In this document: positions 16,747 to 27,860 of the stretch, piece after piece
How positions within the stretch are numbered: position 1 is the stretch's first letter
Layout of the letters: each line of letters begins with the position of its first letter
Origin: an uncultured bacterium
GTDB lineage: Bacteria > Chloroflexota > Dormibacteria > Aeolococcales > Aeolococcaceae
Reading direction: 5' to 3'
Assembly (NCBI GenBank): GCA_963847225.1
Contig: CAWJYZ010000003.1
Location: forward strand, 71,365 to 135,364
DNA length: 64,000 nucleotides
Position numbers and translations under genes: made by a program
Notes under the pieces: generated by a model
Database searches by the model: none
The model's input: only the letters and a program-made list of their open reading frames with translations
Told to the model about the DNA's origin: nothing

Positions 16747-17956
16747 CGCTAGGCGAACCAGCCGGCGACATCGAGGATGAAGTCGATGGTGCCGCTGGCG
16801 TTGAAGACGGCGACGCCGGTGGAGGAGACCCTGACGTAGACCATGTTGGTGGTCACCTTGTTGTGCAGGGGGTTGATGTCGGAGGTCCCCGGACGGGAGC
16901 TGCCGGCGGAATAGACGGTGACGTAGGTGCTGGAAAGGTAGGGGAGGACGGTGGCATTGCCGAGCAGGACGAAGCCGCTGGTGCTGGGCAGGCTGCCCTC
17001 ACCGGCCGCCTGGACGGTGAGGATGCTCCCGCTGCCGATCGACTGGCCCTGGCAGGGGAGGCCGGAGCCGGCCCGGGTGTCGCAGATCCGGAAGGGCGCC
17101 AGGGGATGGAAGAAGAGCCCGGAGGAGGCCAGCGAGTCCGAGCTGCCCCCGAACCAGCCGTTGACGTCGATGAGGAAGTTGATCTGCCCGGCGGCGTTGT
17201 AGATGCACACGTCACCGCTGCTGGGATCGATGGGCACCACCACCCGGTTGGCCTGGACGGTATGGGCGGCGAGATTGAGGTTGGAGGCGGTGGGGGGAGT
17301 GCCGCAGGCATGGGTGGTGGGATCGGGGGGGTAGGCGGTGAGGTAGGTTCCCGCCGTGCCGTCGATCCCCACCAGGTTGAGCACCACCGCGGCGGCGCTG
17401 CCCGAGGGGATGCCGGCCGGGGTGGCGATGCTGACGGCGCGGGCCGCCTGGGCGCCGAGCGGGTTGCTGGTGCCCGAGTTGCAGAGGGTGCCCTGTCCAC
17501 TCCGGGTGTCACAGACGCGGACCGCCGGAGCCACCGAGTGGAAGCGGCCGGTGGTGCCGCTGCTCTGGGTGAAGTAGCCCTCCACGTCGACGACCACGTT
17601 GATGCTGCCCACGGGGTTGTAGACGGCGATGCCGCCGCCCGTGCCCAGCTTGACGGTGACCAGGGCGGCGATGATGCTGTGCGCCGCGGGGTTGAGGTTG
17701 GAGGCCAGCGGGCGAGCCGAACCGGCCGGGAAGACGGTGAGATAGGTGGAGCTGGTCGGATCGACGGCGGTGACATTGAGGGTGACGGCGGCGGCCGTCG
17801 CCGGGACCACGGACCCGGTGTAGCCGGTCGGCTTGTAGCCGCCCACCGTGAAGGTGCGGGTCTCGCCAGGGCCGAGGGCACCCGTGCCGCACTGCATGCA
17901 GGACGGGGACCGGGTGTCCACCGCCCGGTACGGCGGGAGTGGCGTGTAGGTCGTCG
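16747..17956. repeat. Copy 2 of the 1,210-bp near-identical direct repeat
   Basis: See 14503..15712. Confidence 0.9.
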
Positions 17957-19481
17957 GGACCGACGGGCGGTACGCGTAGAGGTAGCCATCCGAGCCGCTG
18001 ATGAAGATCCGCCCGGTGGAGACGGCTGGCGAGGCGAAGAAGAACGATCGACTGTCCGACGGGTCGGGAACCGTATGGAAGACGACGACGCCGTTCGCGA
18101 GATCCAGTCCCCAGAGGGTGCTGGGCGTCGGACCAGTGGTGTTGGCCCCCGTCAGGTCGCCGAGGAGGAGCACCTGATCTCCGAGTGGGCCCGAGACGGC
18201 CGGGGAGGAGATGTTGGCCGGGATGCCGGTGTTGTTCCAGACCACGCTGCCGTTGCTGGCGTTGAGGGCGATCTCCCCGCCGCCATACCCCTCGTAGAGG
18301 GTGTCGCCCACCAGGGCAGCGCTGGACTGGGATGGATGGTTGTTGCTGAGCTGGTAGTGCCAGATCGACGCGCCTGTAGTGAGATTGAGAGCATAGACGT
18401 AGCCGTCCTTGCCAGTGTCGTAGACGACTCCGTCGGTGAAGCCGTTGACACCAGGCAGAGAGATCGTGGCCGCCGCGCCCACGTCGGAGTCGCTGCCCTG
18501 CAGCGTCTGGAACTTCCAGTCGATCACCCCCGTCGTGGCGTTGACGGCGTAGATCTCATCATCGGGATCCGTGGTGCCGAACACGACCAGCCGCGTGCCG
18601 TTCCCCTCGACCGCCCACGCTGGAGAGGTGTAGGTGCCCGCTCCCAGCTGACCGCTCGGAGGATTGCCGAAGGGTCCAATCCGCCACAGGAGCTTGCAGA
18701 ACCCGGACGAGCCCGGGGTGACATCCACGGCCCATTCGTTCCCCCCGTTGCCTCCCGGGGTGACGTTGCCGCTCTGTCCGTTGTCGCCGAAGTACGCGAC
18801 ATCCTGTGGGGTGGAATACCCGGGAACGGCGCTCACTCCGTCCTCGATGAGAGGCGATGCCGCGATGCGACCGCCGCCGTACCCGTCGGTGGCGTCGTTG
18901 AAGGTGCACTCCGACGCACCCGTCTGCGCGTTGAGCACGTAGAGATCGCCATCGGATGCGCCGAAGTAGACCGCGTTGTTGCTGGTGGAGATTGCCGGTG
19001 TGCCCTCGATGTTGGGGTTCTGCCACGACGGGTGGCCCACCGGCAGCTTGATCGTGAATCTCCAGTCGAGAACACCGGTTGCAGCTGAAAACGCCGACAA
19101 GTCTCCTTCCTGATCACCGACGTAGACGATTGACTGACCAAGGGTGGGGATGTAGGCGACGGTCGGCGAGCTGTAGGAGATGCACGACGCGCAGGAAGCA
19201 CCGATCGCCCCTTTCCACGCCAAGGCGAGCGAAGCGGCGGTGGAGGCGTTGACGCTCGTCTCCAAGGAGACGCCACCCCTTCCGGGGTCGTGGTGGAAGG
19301 TGGGCCAGTCGTCGACGCCGGCGGGCGTGCCCGCGCTCGCCGGGCGGGCCGAGGCGGATGGGTGGATGGGCGCTGCAGCCTGGGCGGGCCCCCCGGCCAT
19401 GGAGATGAGCGCGGCGAGGACGCCGGCTCCGAGACAGCCTCGGTTCCGCAAACGCTTGCTCAGCCGAGCTCGAGGATTCAT
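16749..19481 (-). CDS. Secreted PQQ-like beta-propeller repeat protein + three-fold C-terminal repeat module
   Basis: ATG 19481 and signal 'CLGAGVLAALISMAGGPAQAAA'. Repeated 'G.VY.G..DG.LYAL.A.TG...W' blades ('DLSAFSAATGVLDWRF', 'DGDLYVLNAQTGASECTF', 'DEIYAVNATTGVIDWKF', 'GYVYALNLTTGASIWHY'). The ORF opens at 19655. Confidence 0.8.
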   Translation of the reverse strand: MNPRARLSKRLRNRGCLGAGVLAALISMAGGPAQAAAPIHPSASARPASAGTPAGVDDWPTFHHDPGRGGVSLETSVNASTAASLALAWKGAIGASCASCISYSSPTVAYIPTLGQSIVYVGDQEGDLSAFSAATGVLDWRFTIKLPVGHPSWQNPNIEGTPAISTSNNAVYFGASDGDLYVLNAQTGASECTFNDATDGYGGGRIAASPLIEDGVSAVPGYSTPQDVAYFGDNGQSGNVTPGGNGGNEWAVDVTPGSSGFCKLLWRIGPFGNPPSGQLGAGTYTSPAWAVEGNGTRLVVFGTTDPDDEIYAVNATTGVIDWKFQTLQGSDSDVGAAATISLPGVNGFTDGVVYDTGKDGYVYALNLTTGASIWHYQLSNNHPSQSSAALVGDTLYEGYGGGEIALNASNGSVVWNNTGIPANISSPAVSGPLGDQVLLLGDLTGANTTGPTPSTLWGLDLANGVVVFHTVPDPSDSRSFFFASPAVSTGRIFISGSDGYLYAYRPSVPTTYTPLPPYRAVDTRSPSCMQCGTGALGPGETRTFTVGGYKPTGYTGSVVPATAAAVTLNVTAVDPTSSTYLTVFPAGSARPLASNLNPAAHSIIAALVTVKLGTGGGIAVYNPVGSINVVVDVEGYFTQSSGTTGRFHSVAPAVRVCDTRSGQGTLCNSGTSNPLGAQAARAVSIATPAGIPSGSAAAVVLNLVGIDGTAGTYLTAYPPDPTTHACGTPPTASNLNLAAHTVQANRVVVPIDPSSGDVCIYNAAGQINFLIDVNGWFGGSSDSLASSGLFFHPLAPFRICDTRAGSGLPCQGQSIGSGSILTVQAAGEGSLPSTSGFVLLGNATVLPYLSSTYVTVYSAGSSRPGTSDINPLHNKVTTNMVYVRVSSTGVAVFNASGTIDFILDVAGWFA

Positions 19482-19679
19482 CAGCCCCCCTGGTGGTGCG
19501 CTCGCGCCAACTCGATCGCCTGAGCCTAAAGCGTACTCATCCCCCCGGTCCAGTCGCCGGATTCCCCAATTCTGGGGGTAGGAGGCCTGAGCGCATCGCG
19601 TCCGGAAACTCCCGCTCGGGCCAAGCCACACGAGCCGCGGGGCGGCCCGCCGCACCCAGCTGTACCGCCAGATTCGGCC

Positions 19680-20038
19680 GGCAGGGAGGTCGTGCTGCGC
19701 AGCCGGGTGCTGGCTACGAGCAGGTCGCCGGAGCTGGTCCCCGAGGCCGGTGGGAGGGCCAGGGCCGTCCCGCCGGCGGAGTTGGCTGCGCCGAAGATCT
19801 GGCGCACTCCCAGTGTTGCGGCGGCCGGAGTGAGGGCCACGTTCGCCTGGGTGGCTGCCGGGCGCTCACCGTGCCAACGCTGATGCCGCTCTGCCATTGG
19901 AACCCGGAAGCGGTGACGGAACAGGGTGCAGCTTCCTGCCGGGGTGACCTCGGCGAAGTCGTCGTCGCCTGAGCCGTCCGTGGTGGCCGGGTCGGCGGCG
20001 CACGTGCAGCTGACCGTGGTGCGGGGGATCGGTTCCAC
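19680..20038 (-). pseudogene. Remnant of a CarboxypepD_reg-like/Ig-domain secreted protein (no signal peptide, internal frameshifts)
   Basis: High GC3 from 20038 to about 19680. 'TTVSCTCAADPATTDGSGDDDFAEVTPAGSCTL' parallels 'ATVTCTCATGSATTNGTGQYSFSGLTAGSYSL' of 21585..23185. The expected continuation 'SVTASGFQWQSGISVGTVSA' is in the +1 frame, then 'ANVALTP' returns to frame. Confidence 0.4.
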
Positions 20039-20096
20039 GAGAGAAGGGTTCGCTAGGCGACACCCAATTTTGGGGATCGGTGCGCCCGTGCACCAA

Positions 20097-20591
20097 TCAG
20101 CTGGCGGTGGGTCCGGCGACCCGACCCTCCCTGCGGGCGTCCATGGCCAGCTGTGCCGCCAGATTCGCGAGAGCGGCCTGCTGCCCCTGGGTGATCGCGG
20201 CTCGGGGGCGGCTCACCCGCACCCTGCGGTAGGCGTCCTCGAGCGACCAGCCCATCCGCAACAGGGCGGCGCAGGCGACGGTGGGCGCGCGCTCTAGCCC
20301 CGCCCGGCAGTGCACCAGCACGACGTGACCCTGACCAATACGGGCCGCCACGGTCTGCCCGGCCAGATCGATCTGCTCCACCGTCGGTACGGCGTGCTCC
20401 TCGAGGGGAATCTGGGCGACCTGAACCGATTCCGGCCAGAGACCGCGCCATTGCTCGGCCTCCGCGCAGAGGTCGACCACCCCCGTCACGCCGGCGGCAA
20501 CGAGGCGTCGAATGTGCGTCTGCCCAGGAGCCGAGCCGATCAGCAAGCCGGGGACGATCTGGTTGACATCGGGACGGCTGATCGCCCGCAC
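20097..20591 (-). CDS. Dual-specificity / Cys-based protein phosphatase
   Basis: 'VVLVHCRAGLERAPTV' (HCX5R P-loop). GTG 20591 with GGGAGAG 8 nt upstream. Codons upstream to 20918 have low GC3 and no similarity. Confidence 0.7.
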   Translation of the reverse strand: MRAISRPDVNQIVPGLLIGSAPGQTHIRRLVAAGVTGVVDLCAEAEQWRGLWPESVQVAQIPLEEHAVPTVEQIDLAGQTVAARIGQGHVVLVHCRAGLERAPTVACAALLRMGWSLEDAYRRVRVSRPRAAITQGQQAALANLAAQLAMDARREGRVAGPTAS

Positions 20592-20897
20592 CTCTACAGC
20601 TCTCCCACGACGCCAGCTCCTCCGCACGCACCTCGACGCGATGGCAGGACCTCGCGTCCCCCCGGCCCACCGCGTCGAAGCTGTGAATACCGTACCATCC
20701 GGTACTCCGGGCGCCTCACCGCCGTCGTGCTTCAACCGCGCGCACTCCAGGTGCGGTCGATTAGGAGCGCCGAGGATCAGTGGGAGGTCCGGCCATCGGG
20801 CATGGTGAGCGCCACCCGCACCGGCCAGGTCAGCGCATTGACCTGCTTTTCCCAGACGAGGGCGTAGCGCTCCGGGGAGACGCTCAGTTGGCCACCA

Positions 20898-21036
20898 GTG
20901 GGGAGGTCTCTTGGCCATGGGTGGGGAGATTTTCTGGCTGCAGATGGGGAGATCTTGATGACCGTTGACAGTCCTATCGCGTGGCCGGCGGTGGACCTAT
21001 TCCTTGGCCGTGGGTGGACCTATTGCCTGGCCGTTG
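20898..21036. repeat. Degenerate tandem array with 23-bp period (about 6 units)
   Basis: Units start at 20898, 20921, 20944, 20967, 20991 and 21014. The last two, 'gtggacctattccttggccgtgg' and 'gtggacctattgcctggccgttg', match 20/23. The first is 'gtggggaggtctcttggccatgg'. Loose consensus: GTGG.....T..CTTGGCC.TGG. Confidence 0.55.
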
Positions 21037-21037
21037 A

Positions 21038-21286
21038 CAGCCGGCACCACGAGGGCGGATCCCCCAGGGCCTGACCCGGCGGGAGCGGATGAAGCGTCGG
21101 CTGATGACCAAGCGCGGCCGGGCCACCTACCGGTTGCGGCAGCAGGTGGTGGAGCCGGTCTTCGGTCAGATCCGCAACAAGGGGCTGATCCGGTTATGGC
21201 TGCGAGGCGAGATCAAGGCGCTCGGCGAGTGGCTGCTCCATTGCATCGACCACAACTTGTGCAAGCCGCAGAAGGCGTGGGCATGA
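21038..21286 (+). mobile_element. C-terminal fragment of an IS5/IS1182-type DDE transposase (truncated; no N-terminal or catalytic part)
   Basis: 'RERMKRRLMTKRGRATYRLRQQVVEPVFGQIRNKGLIRLWLRGEIKALGEWLLHCIDHNLCK' matches the conserved C-terminal block of this transposase class ('...R..VEPVFGQIK....F..FLLRG...V..EW.L.C..HNL.K'). An in-frame stop lies at 21035. Confidence 0.7.
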
Positions 21287-21584
21287 GGAGGTAATGGTGA
21301 ACCCCGTCGGGGAGCCCGGTGGGGGACCGAGATCGCCATCTTGCGATCGCCTCGGGTGCCCGCACGCGCCCTCCCGAACCCAACGTCGCCGTGCCCCCTC
21401 TCACCCCGCCCCGTGATCGTTACCGGGACGGGCTGCTGGATGAGGTGAGCGTGGGTCGCATCCCGGTCGCTGACCGCCGGAGGATACCTTAGACCAAAGC
21501 TCCGCAATCGGGGGCGCTTCGCTGACCCCCTGAGGAACCGCAGACTGAGGTTGGGTTTGTCTCACTCCACCCACGAAGACAGCC

Positions 21585-23185
21585 TCAGGTGACCGTGACC
21601 ATCGTGTCAGCGTGCTGGGTAAACCAGAACTCGTTCTCCTTGACCATCTGGAGTTCGAGGGTCATGGTTCCCGTCTGGGTGCTGGGAGGGGTGATGGTGA
21701 CGCTGAGGGTCACCGACCCCCCGGAGGCCACATCGTTGGGCAGGGTGAAGCGTTGGTCGGTGTACCAAGTGCAGCACTCGCCTGGGGCGGCGAGGAAGTG
21801 GACGCCGAAGTGCACGGGATCCGTGCCCCCGGAGTTCCAGGTGTTGGCTCCGTTGTTGGTGAGGGTCACCGAGAAGGTCTGGCTCTGGCCGCTCGCCCAC
21901 GAGGTCGGCGGGCTGGCCGTGTACGAGGCCGACCAGACCGGAACGGGTGTTAGCGCCACGTTGACCGTGTTGTTCGACCCGTCGGCCACGGTGAGCGGGA
22001 CGGTGCTGGACGTGTAGGTGGGATCGGGGAGACCGTGAGGCTGTAGCTGCCCGCGGTGAGCCCTGAGAAGGAGTACTGGCCGGTGCCGTTCGTGGTCGCG
22101 CTACCCGTGGCGCACGTGCAGGTCACGGTCGCGCTCGCGATCGGATTGTTGGTGCTCGTATCCGTGACAGTTCCCGTGAGGGAAGTGAAGGCGGGGCTCA
22201 GGTCACCGTCCGCGGTGCCCGACGAGTGGCCCAGGAGGCCGACTCCGTAGGCTTCCTCCGTGGCCCGCAGGATGCCGTAGAGGTCGCCCTGACCCGTGAA
22301 GGCGCCGCTCGAGTAGGGGGTGATGACCAGCGTGGCGACGTGGCCGCCGCAGCCGGTCGTGGCCGTGGGGCCACAGGACCCGTTGTCGGGGGGGGTCCGA
22401 CGCCCAGCGTGGTGCCCCCCTCGTCCCAGGTGAAGATGACAACGCCGTTGTTCTGGAACCAGCTGGAGGTGAGGATTGGGCCCAGGTTGCTCTGGAGCCA
22501 CGTGTCTCCGGCGGAGATGAGCTGGTTCTGCGTGTCCCCGGTGTAGCTGTTGCCCCCGCCGTGCATGTCGTCGCACTCGTTGGGGACGACCATGACGAAG
22601 TCGGGTGGGCTGGCCCCGTTCGAGGGTGTTCACCAGCGTCGAGGCGCCCGGGTAAGGCTCCACACCCTGACTGGGGTCGCTGCTGCAGTAACTGGAGTAG
22701 CTACCGAGGTATGAGAAGGGGTTGTGGTTGTGATCGTAGAGGCCGTCGCTCGTGGATTGCACTGTCGAGCAGGCCGACGGCATGCTCTCCATGTACGCCT
22801 GCCAGGGGATGCTCGCGCCGTGGAGTTCGTCGACGATGGTCGTGGCTGAGAAGGGCGGCTTCTTGTTGGGCAGATCTTGGTCGGAGCCGGAGATCAGATC
22901 CAGGTGGTCGGTGGGACTGTTGTGCTCGACCGAGCACCAGTTGGTTGCCGAGGTGTAGGTGGCGGCCAGGTTGTTGATGTACGGCGCGTCCGTCGAATCA
23001 CCGATGATGTGGCGGTACTCTTGGTTCTCGTCGACGATGAGCATGATGTGGGGGCTAGCGGGGCTGGGGTTGCTCGCCCGAGCGACGGACCCGTTGCTGG
23101 CGGCGAGACCTCCGCCGCAGAGGGCGAGCACTCCCAGCCAGCGAATGGCCTCGTGGCCCACCGATAGCCTCTCTTCGTGCCGCAC
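21585..23185 (-). pseudogene. Phosphoesterase-family + CarboxypepD_reg-like + NBR1-like Ig domain gene disrupted by three frameshifts
   Basis: Comparison with paralog 23474..25216 shows the reading frame jumping three times. Jump 1 is near 22614-22617 (C4): '...TLVNTLE' then 'ASPPDFVMVVPNECDDMHGG'. Jump 2 is at 22388-22395 (G8): 'WDEGGTTLGVG' then 'PPDNGSCGPTATTGCGGHV'. Jump 3 is at 22026-22029 (G4): 'SYSLTVS' then 'DPTYTSSTVPLTVADGSNN'. The pieces correspond to ORFs 21950..23185, 22198..22593 and 21585..21989. Confidence 0.7.
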
Positions 23186-23473
23186 CCCCCTCTACAGTCT
23201 TCAGCCAGTCGCGGTTATAGCCCTTGGTCCGAGAATCGCAACCTCTCCTGGGTGAACGGTCCTCTGGGGAGCCCTGGTCGTTACACGATTGTCACCTGCG
23301 CCCACTGTCACCGAGATCGCCCTCACACCGGGTGCGGCTGGAGCAGGGCGGTTGCGGCTGCGAAGCAGGCCGGGGAGTTGTAGTCCTGGTGCCCCGAGCA
23401 AGCGCCACGGGTCGGCCAGGTTAGCGCGGCGGCCGCCCGGGCGACCGCCGCGCTTCTCGCCGCCGGTGAGACA

Positions 23474-25216
<1,743 letters not shown>

Positions 25217-25361
25217 GCCATCAACGCCGCTCAGAGCCACCGGTCCACTGGCTGCCTCCTTTCCCCTCGCTGCCCGAGGCCAATCCCTGCTTGCTGCGGT
25301 GGCCATGGACACCCCCCTGGTGCGCACCCTTGTCACACAGAGGTCAGCGTGGGTGTGCGGT

Positions 25362-26495
25362 TCATGCCGGGTTCTCCTCCAGGAGGGTGGCGGCCGCCTG
25401 GAACGAAGCGGCGGACTCCTCCCGGTACCCTTGGGGCAACTCTACAGCGTCCGCCCCGACGCTGACGGCCCAGGTCAGCGTCGCCTCGAGGTTGCCCACC
25501 CGATCGAGGGGCTCGGTCTGGAAGGAGATCGGCGGTCCCAGCTGCTGCATGGCCGTGTACATCTCCGCGTAGGCGCCGGTGAGCGGCGGGTAGCGGATGG
25601 AGTTGTTCTCCAGGACGCACTGCAGTCCGAGCCGGCTCCGGCAGTAGCCCATCATCTGCTCGGTCACGGCCTCAGCGGTGCTGGTCATCCCGTCCGCGCC
25701 GATGGTCTGGTAGGGGTTGAAAGCGACCCCCACCCGGGTCTGATGCCACATCGTGCCGTCGTCGATCTCCTGCTCCTCGCACTGCAGGTCGGCCGCGGCG
25801 GAGAAGCCAGCTGCCACGAGGTTCCGCACCGTCGTCGGGTCGCTGACATTGCGGATAAAGGGCTCGTCAAACACCGTCATGCAGCGGGCCACGGTGATCT
25901 CGCGAACCTCGAGGACACTGTCATAGGCGGCAGCCAGCTTCGCCCAGAGGTCGTCATAGGCGTGACCGAACGCGCTGGTCCAGAAGCGGCCGATGGTGCC
26001 GCCAGAGCCACTCTGCGGATCGAGCACCGCCACCGGAGCGCCGCCGAGCTGCTTGGCCCAGTCGGGGGCGTCAATCCCTGCGAGGAGGCGGATCTTGATT
26101 CCCACCTTTCCGGTGCCGAGGGTCTTCTCGAGGCTGCGGGCCGCGGCAATCGCCTGGTCGATGACGTTGTCTTTGGTGAGGGGCCCCTCCGGGGTGGCCT
26201 GGAGCTCGCTCCAGGGGGCGTTGATCACGAAGTTGCTCACGCTCTTGAGGTAGCTGAGGGGAGGAGGACCGACCCGGTCGATGAGACCCTGGATGATGGG
26301 CTTGAGGCCAGACGCCGATGGGGTGGAGGTCTGCACGGACGGCTTTGGGGGGCGCGTAGGGCTGGGCTGGGCTGAGCCGGTCGATGCCTGGGGCGAAGGG
26401 CCCGAGCCGCACGCGGCCATGAGCAGGACCAGGAGGAGAGAGGGCACGAGGGCGAGGGGCCGGCGCCGCCGCCTCGTCGGAGGGTTGCATCGCAC
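25362..26495 (-). CDS. Lipoprotein of unknown function (possibly glycan-processing), last gene of the polysaccharide operon
   Basis: GTG 26495 with AGAGGAA upstream. 'RRRRRPLALVPSLLLVLLMAACGSG' (lipobox). No catalytic motif that I can name. Confidence 0.6.
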   Translation of the reverse strand: MRCNPPTRRRRRPLALVPSLLLVLLMAACGSGPSPQASTGSAQPSPTRPPKPSVQTSTPSASGLKPIIQGLIDRVGPPPLSYLKSVSNFVINAPWSELQATPEGPLTKDNVIDQAIAAARSLEKTLGTGKVGIKIRLLAGIDAPDWAKQLGGAPVAVLDPQSGSGGTIGRFWTSAFGHAYDDLWAKLAAAYDSVLEVREITVARCMTVFDEPFIRNVSDPTTVRNLVAAGFSAAADLQCEEQEIDDGTMWHQTRVGVAFNPYQTIGADGMTSTAEAVTEQMMGYCRSRLGLQCVLENNSIRYPPLTGAYAEMYTAMQQLGPPISFQTEPLDRVGNLEATLTWAVSVGADAVELPQGYREESAASFQAAATLLEENPA

Positions 26496-26516
26496 CTTGG
26501 GTTCCTCTGGCTCTGG

Positions 26517-27860
26517 CTACCCGAGACCCTCGGCTGCCGACTCGCCGGGGCCCACCGGAGAGCCGGGGGCCGCGTGGGCCGCCGGCTCGACGGCGGCGAT
26601 TGGCGGCGGCGTCGCGGCCAGGGGCCGGGCCACCCCGCGCAGGTCGACCGGCTCGAGGTCGGCGAGTGGGCGCGAACCGGCTGGCCGCGACGGTGCCACA
26701 CGGCGCAGGCCCAGCCGCGTGTCCCGGAGGCGAAGGAGATCGGCGTAGAGGGTTTCGGTGGCGTCCGTCGCCACCTCCCAGTCGTACTCACGCACCACCC
26801 GTTCGGCAAGCTCCGCCGCGCCACGGCGCTCGTCCGGCAGCGCAGCGAGCACCGCCCCGAGGGTCCGGCTGAGCGCCGCCTGGTCGCCCTGGGGGAAGAG
26901 CCGGGCGCCGGGGGTGTCACGGCTCAGCACCTCGAGGTGTGGGGGGATGTCGCTGACGATCACCGGGAGCCGGTACGAGGCCGCCTCCAGAAGGGTGAGC
27001 GGAAGACCCTCGAGCCGGGAGGGCAGCACGAAGGCGGCGGCGTTGGAGTACAGCTCGTCGCGCAGCGACCCCTGGACAGCACCGGTCGTCACCACCCGCT
27101 CATCCTCGGCCGCCAGGGAGTTGAGGAGACGGACGTATCCGCTGGTGAAGCTGGATCCGCCGGCGATGACCAGACGCCTCGGGGTGTGGACCTGGCGGAA
27201 CGCCCGCAGCAGCAGGTCGGGCGCCTTCTCCGGAACCAGGCGTCCCAGGAAGAGCAGGTAGTCGCCCGTCTCGAGGCCCCATCGATCGGTGATCTGGCGC
27301 GGTTCCCGGACCACCGGAGAGGCGACGCCGTTGGGGATGTAGTGGACGGTCCGGCCGTACCGCTCCCGGTAGTAGTCGACGAGGTTGCGCGAGACGCTGA
27401 TGGTGGCGTGGGGAGCGTGGGCGCTGATCCAACCGGCGGCGCGCAGGCAGGCCCGCGCGCCGAGCCCCCACTTGGCTCGCTCCTGGTCGAGACCGTGAAT
27501 GGTGAGGACGACCCGCGCGGGGGAGAGGGCACGGGGAAGGGGGGAGAATACGGACGGGCCGATGGCGTGGTAATGGATGATGTCGTGGGAGTGCTCTCCG
27601 GGCAGCGTGGCGGCAGCCGTCGAGAGCCCGCTGTGGATCAGCGCCTCGAGCCGTTTGGTGGGAAGGGTGGGCACGTAGCGCACCCGCATGCCGCGGTGCT
27701 CGGCCAGCCTTTCGGGCCCGTAGTTGGCGCGTGCGTACACCGTGACCTGGTGACCGCGGGCAGCCAGGCGCGAGCCGATCTCCTCGACGTGGTGCTCGAT
27801 GCCACCGATGGTGGCGGGAACGCCGCGTTGGCCGATGAAGGCGATCCGCACCGGTCTCAT
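26517..27860 (-). CDS. Glycosyltransferase family 4 (GT-B)
   Basis: 'VRIAFIGQRGVPATIGGIEHHVEEIG' and 'FVLPSRLEGLPLTLLEAASYRLPVIVSDI' (E-x7-E region). Confidence 0.8.
   Translation of the reverse strand: MRPVRIAFIGQRGVPATIGGIEHHVEEIGSRLAARGHQVTVYARANYGPERLAEHRGMRVRYVPTLPTKRLEALIHSGLSTAAATLPGEHSHDIIHYHAIGPSVFSPLPRALSPARVVLTIHGLDQERAKWGLGARACLRAAGWISAHAPHATISVSRNLVDYYRERYGRTVHYIPNGVASPVVREPRQITDRWGLETGDYLLFLGRLVPEKAPDLLLRAFRQVHTPRRLVIAGGSSFTSGYVRLLNSLAAEDERVVTTGAVQGSLRDELYSNAAAFVLPSRLEGLPLTLLEAASYRLPVIVSDIPPHLEVLSRDTPGARLFPQGDQAALSRTLGAVLAALPDERRGAAELAERVVREYDWEVATDATETLYADLLRLRDTRLGLRRVAPSRPAGSRPLADLEPVDLRGVARPLAATPPPIAAVEPAAHAAPGSPVGPGESAAEGLG

Noticed and set aside
14503-17956. The 1.2-kb repeat as an insertion sequence or other mobile element
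   Set aside because: Both copies are in-frame C-terminal coding regions of intact genes. No transposase, terminal inverted repeats or target-site duplications are visible.
14619-19088. Very long plus-strand ORFs (14619..16580, 653 aa; 16629..19088, 819 aa)
   Set aside because: They are antisense to well-supported secreted-protein genes. Their translations are G/R/A/D low-complexity with no motifs, and they partly duplicate each other only because they lie in the 1.2-kb repeat. This is a typical high-GC antisense artefact.
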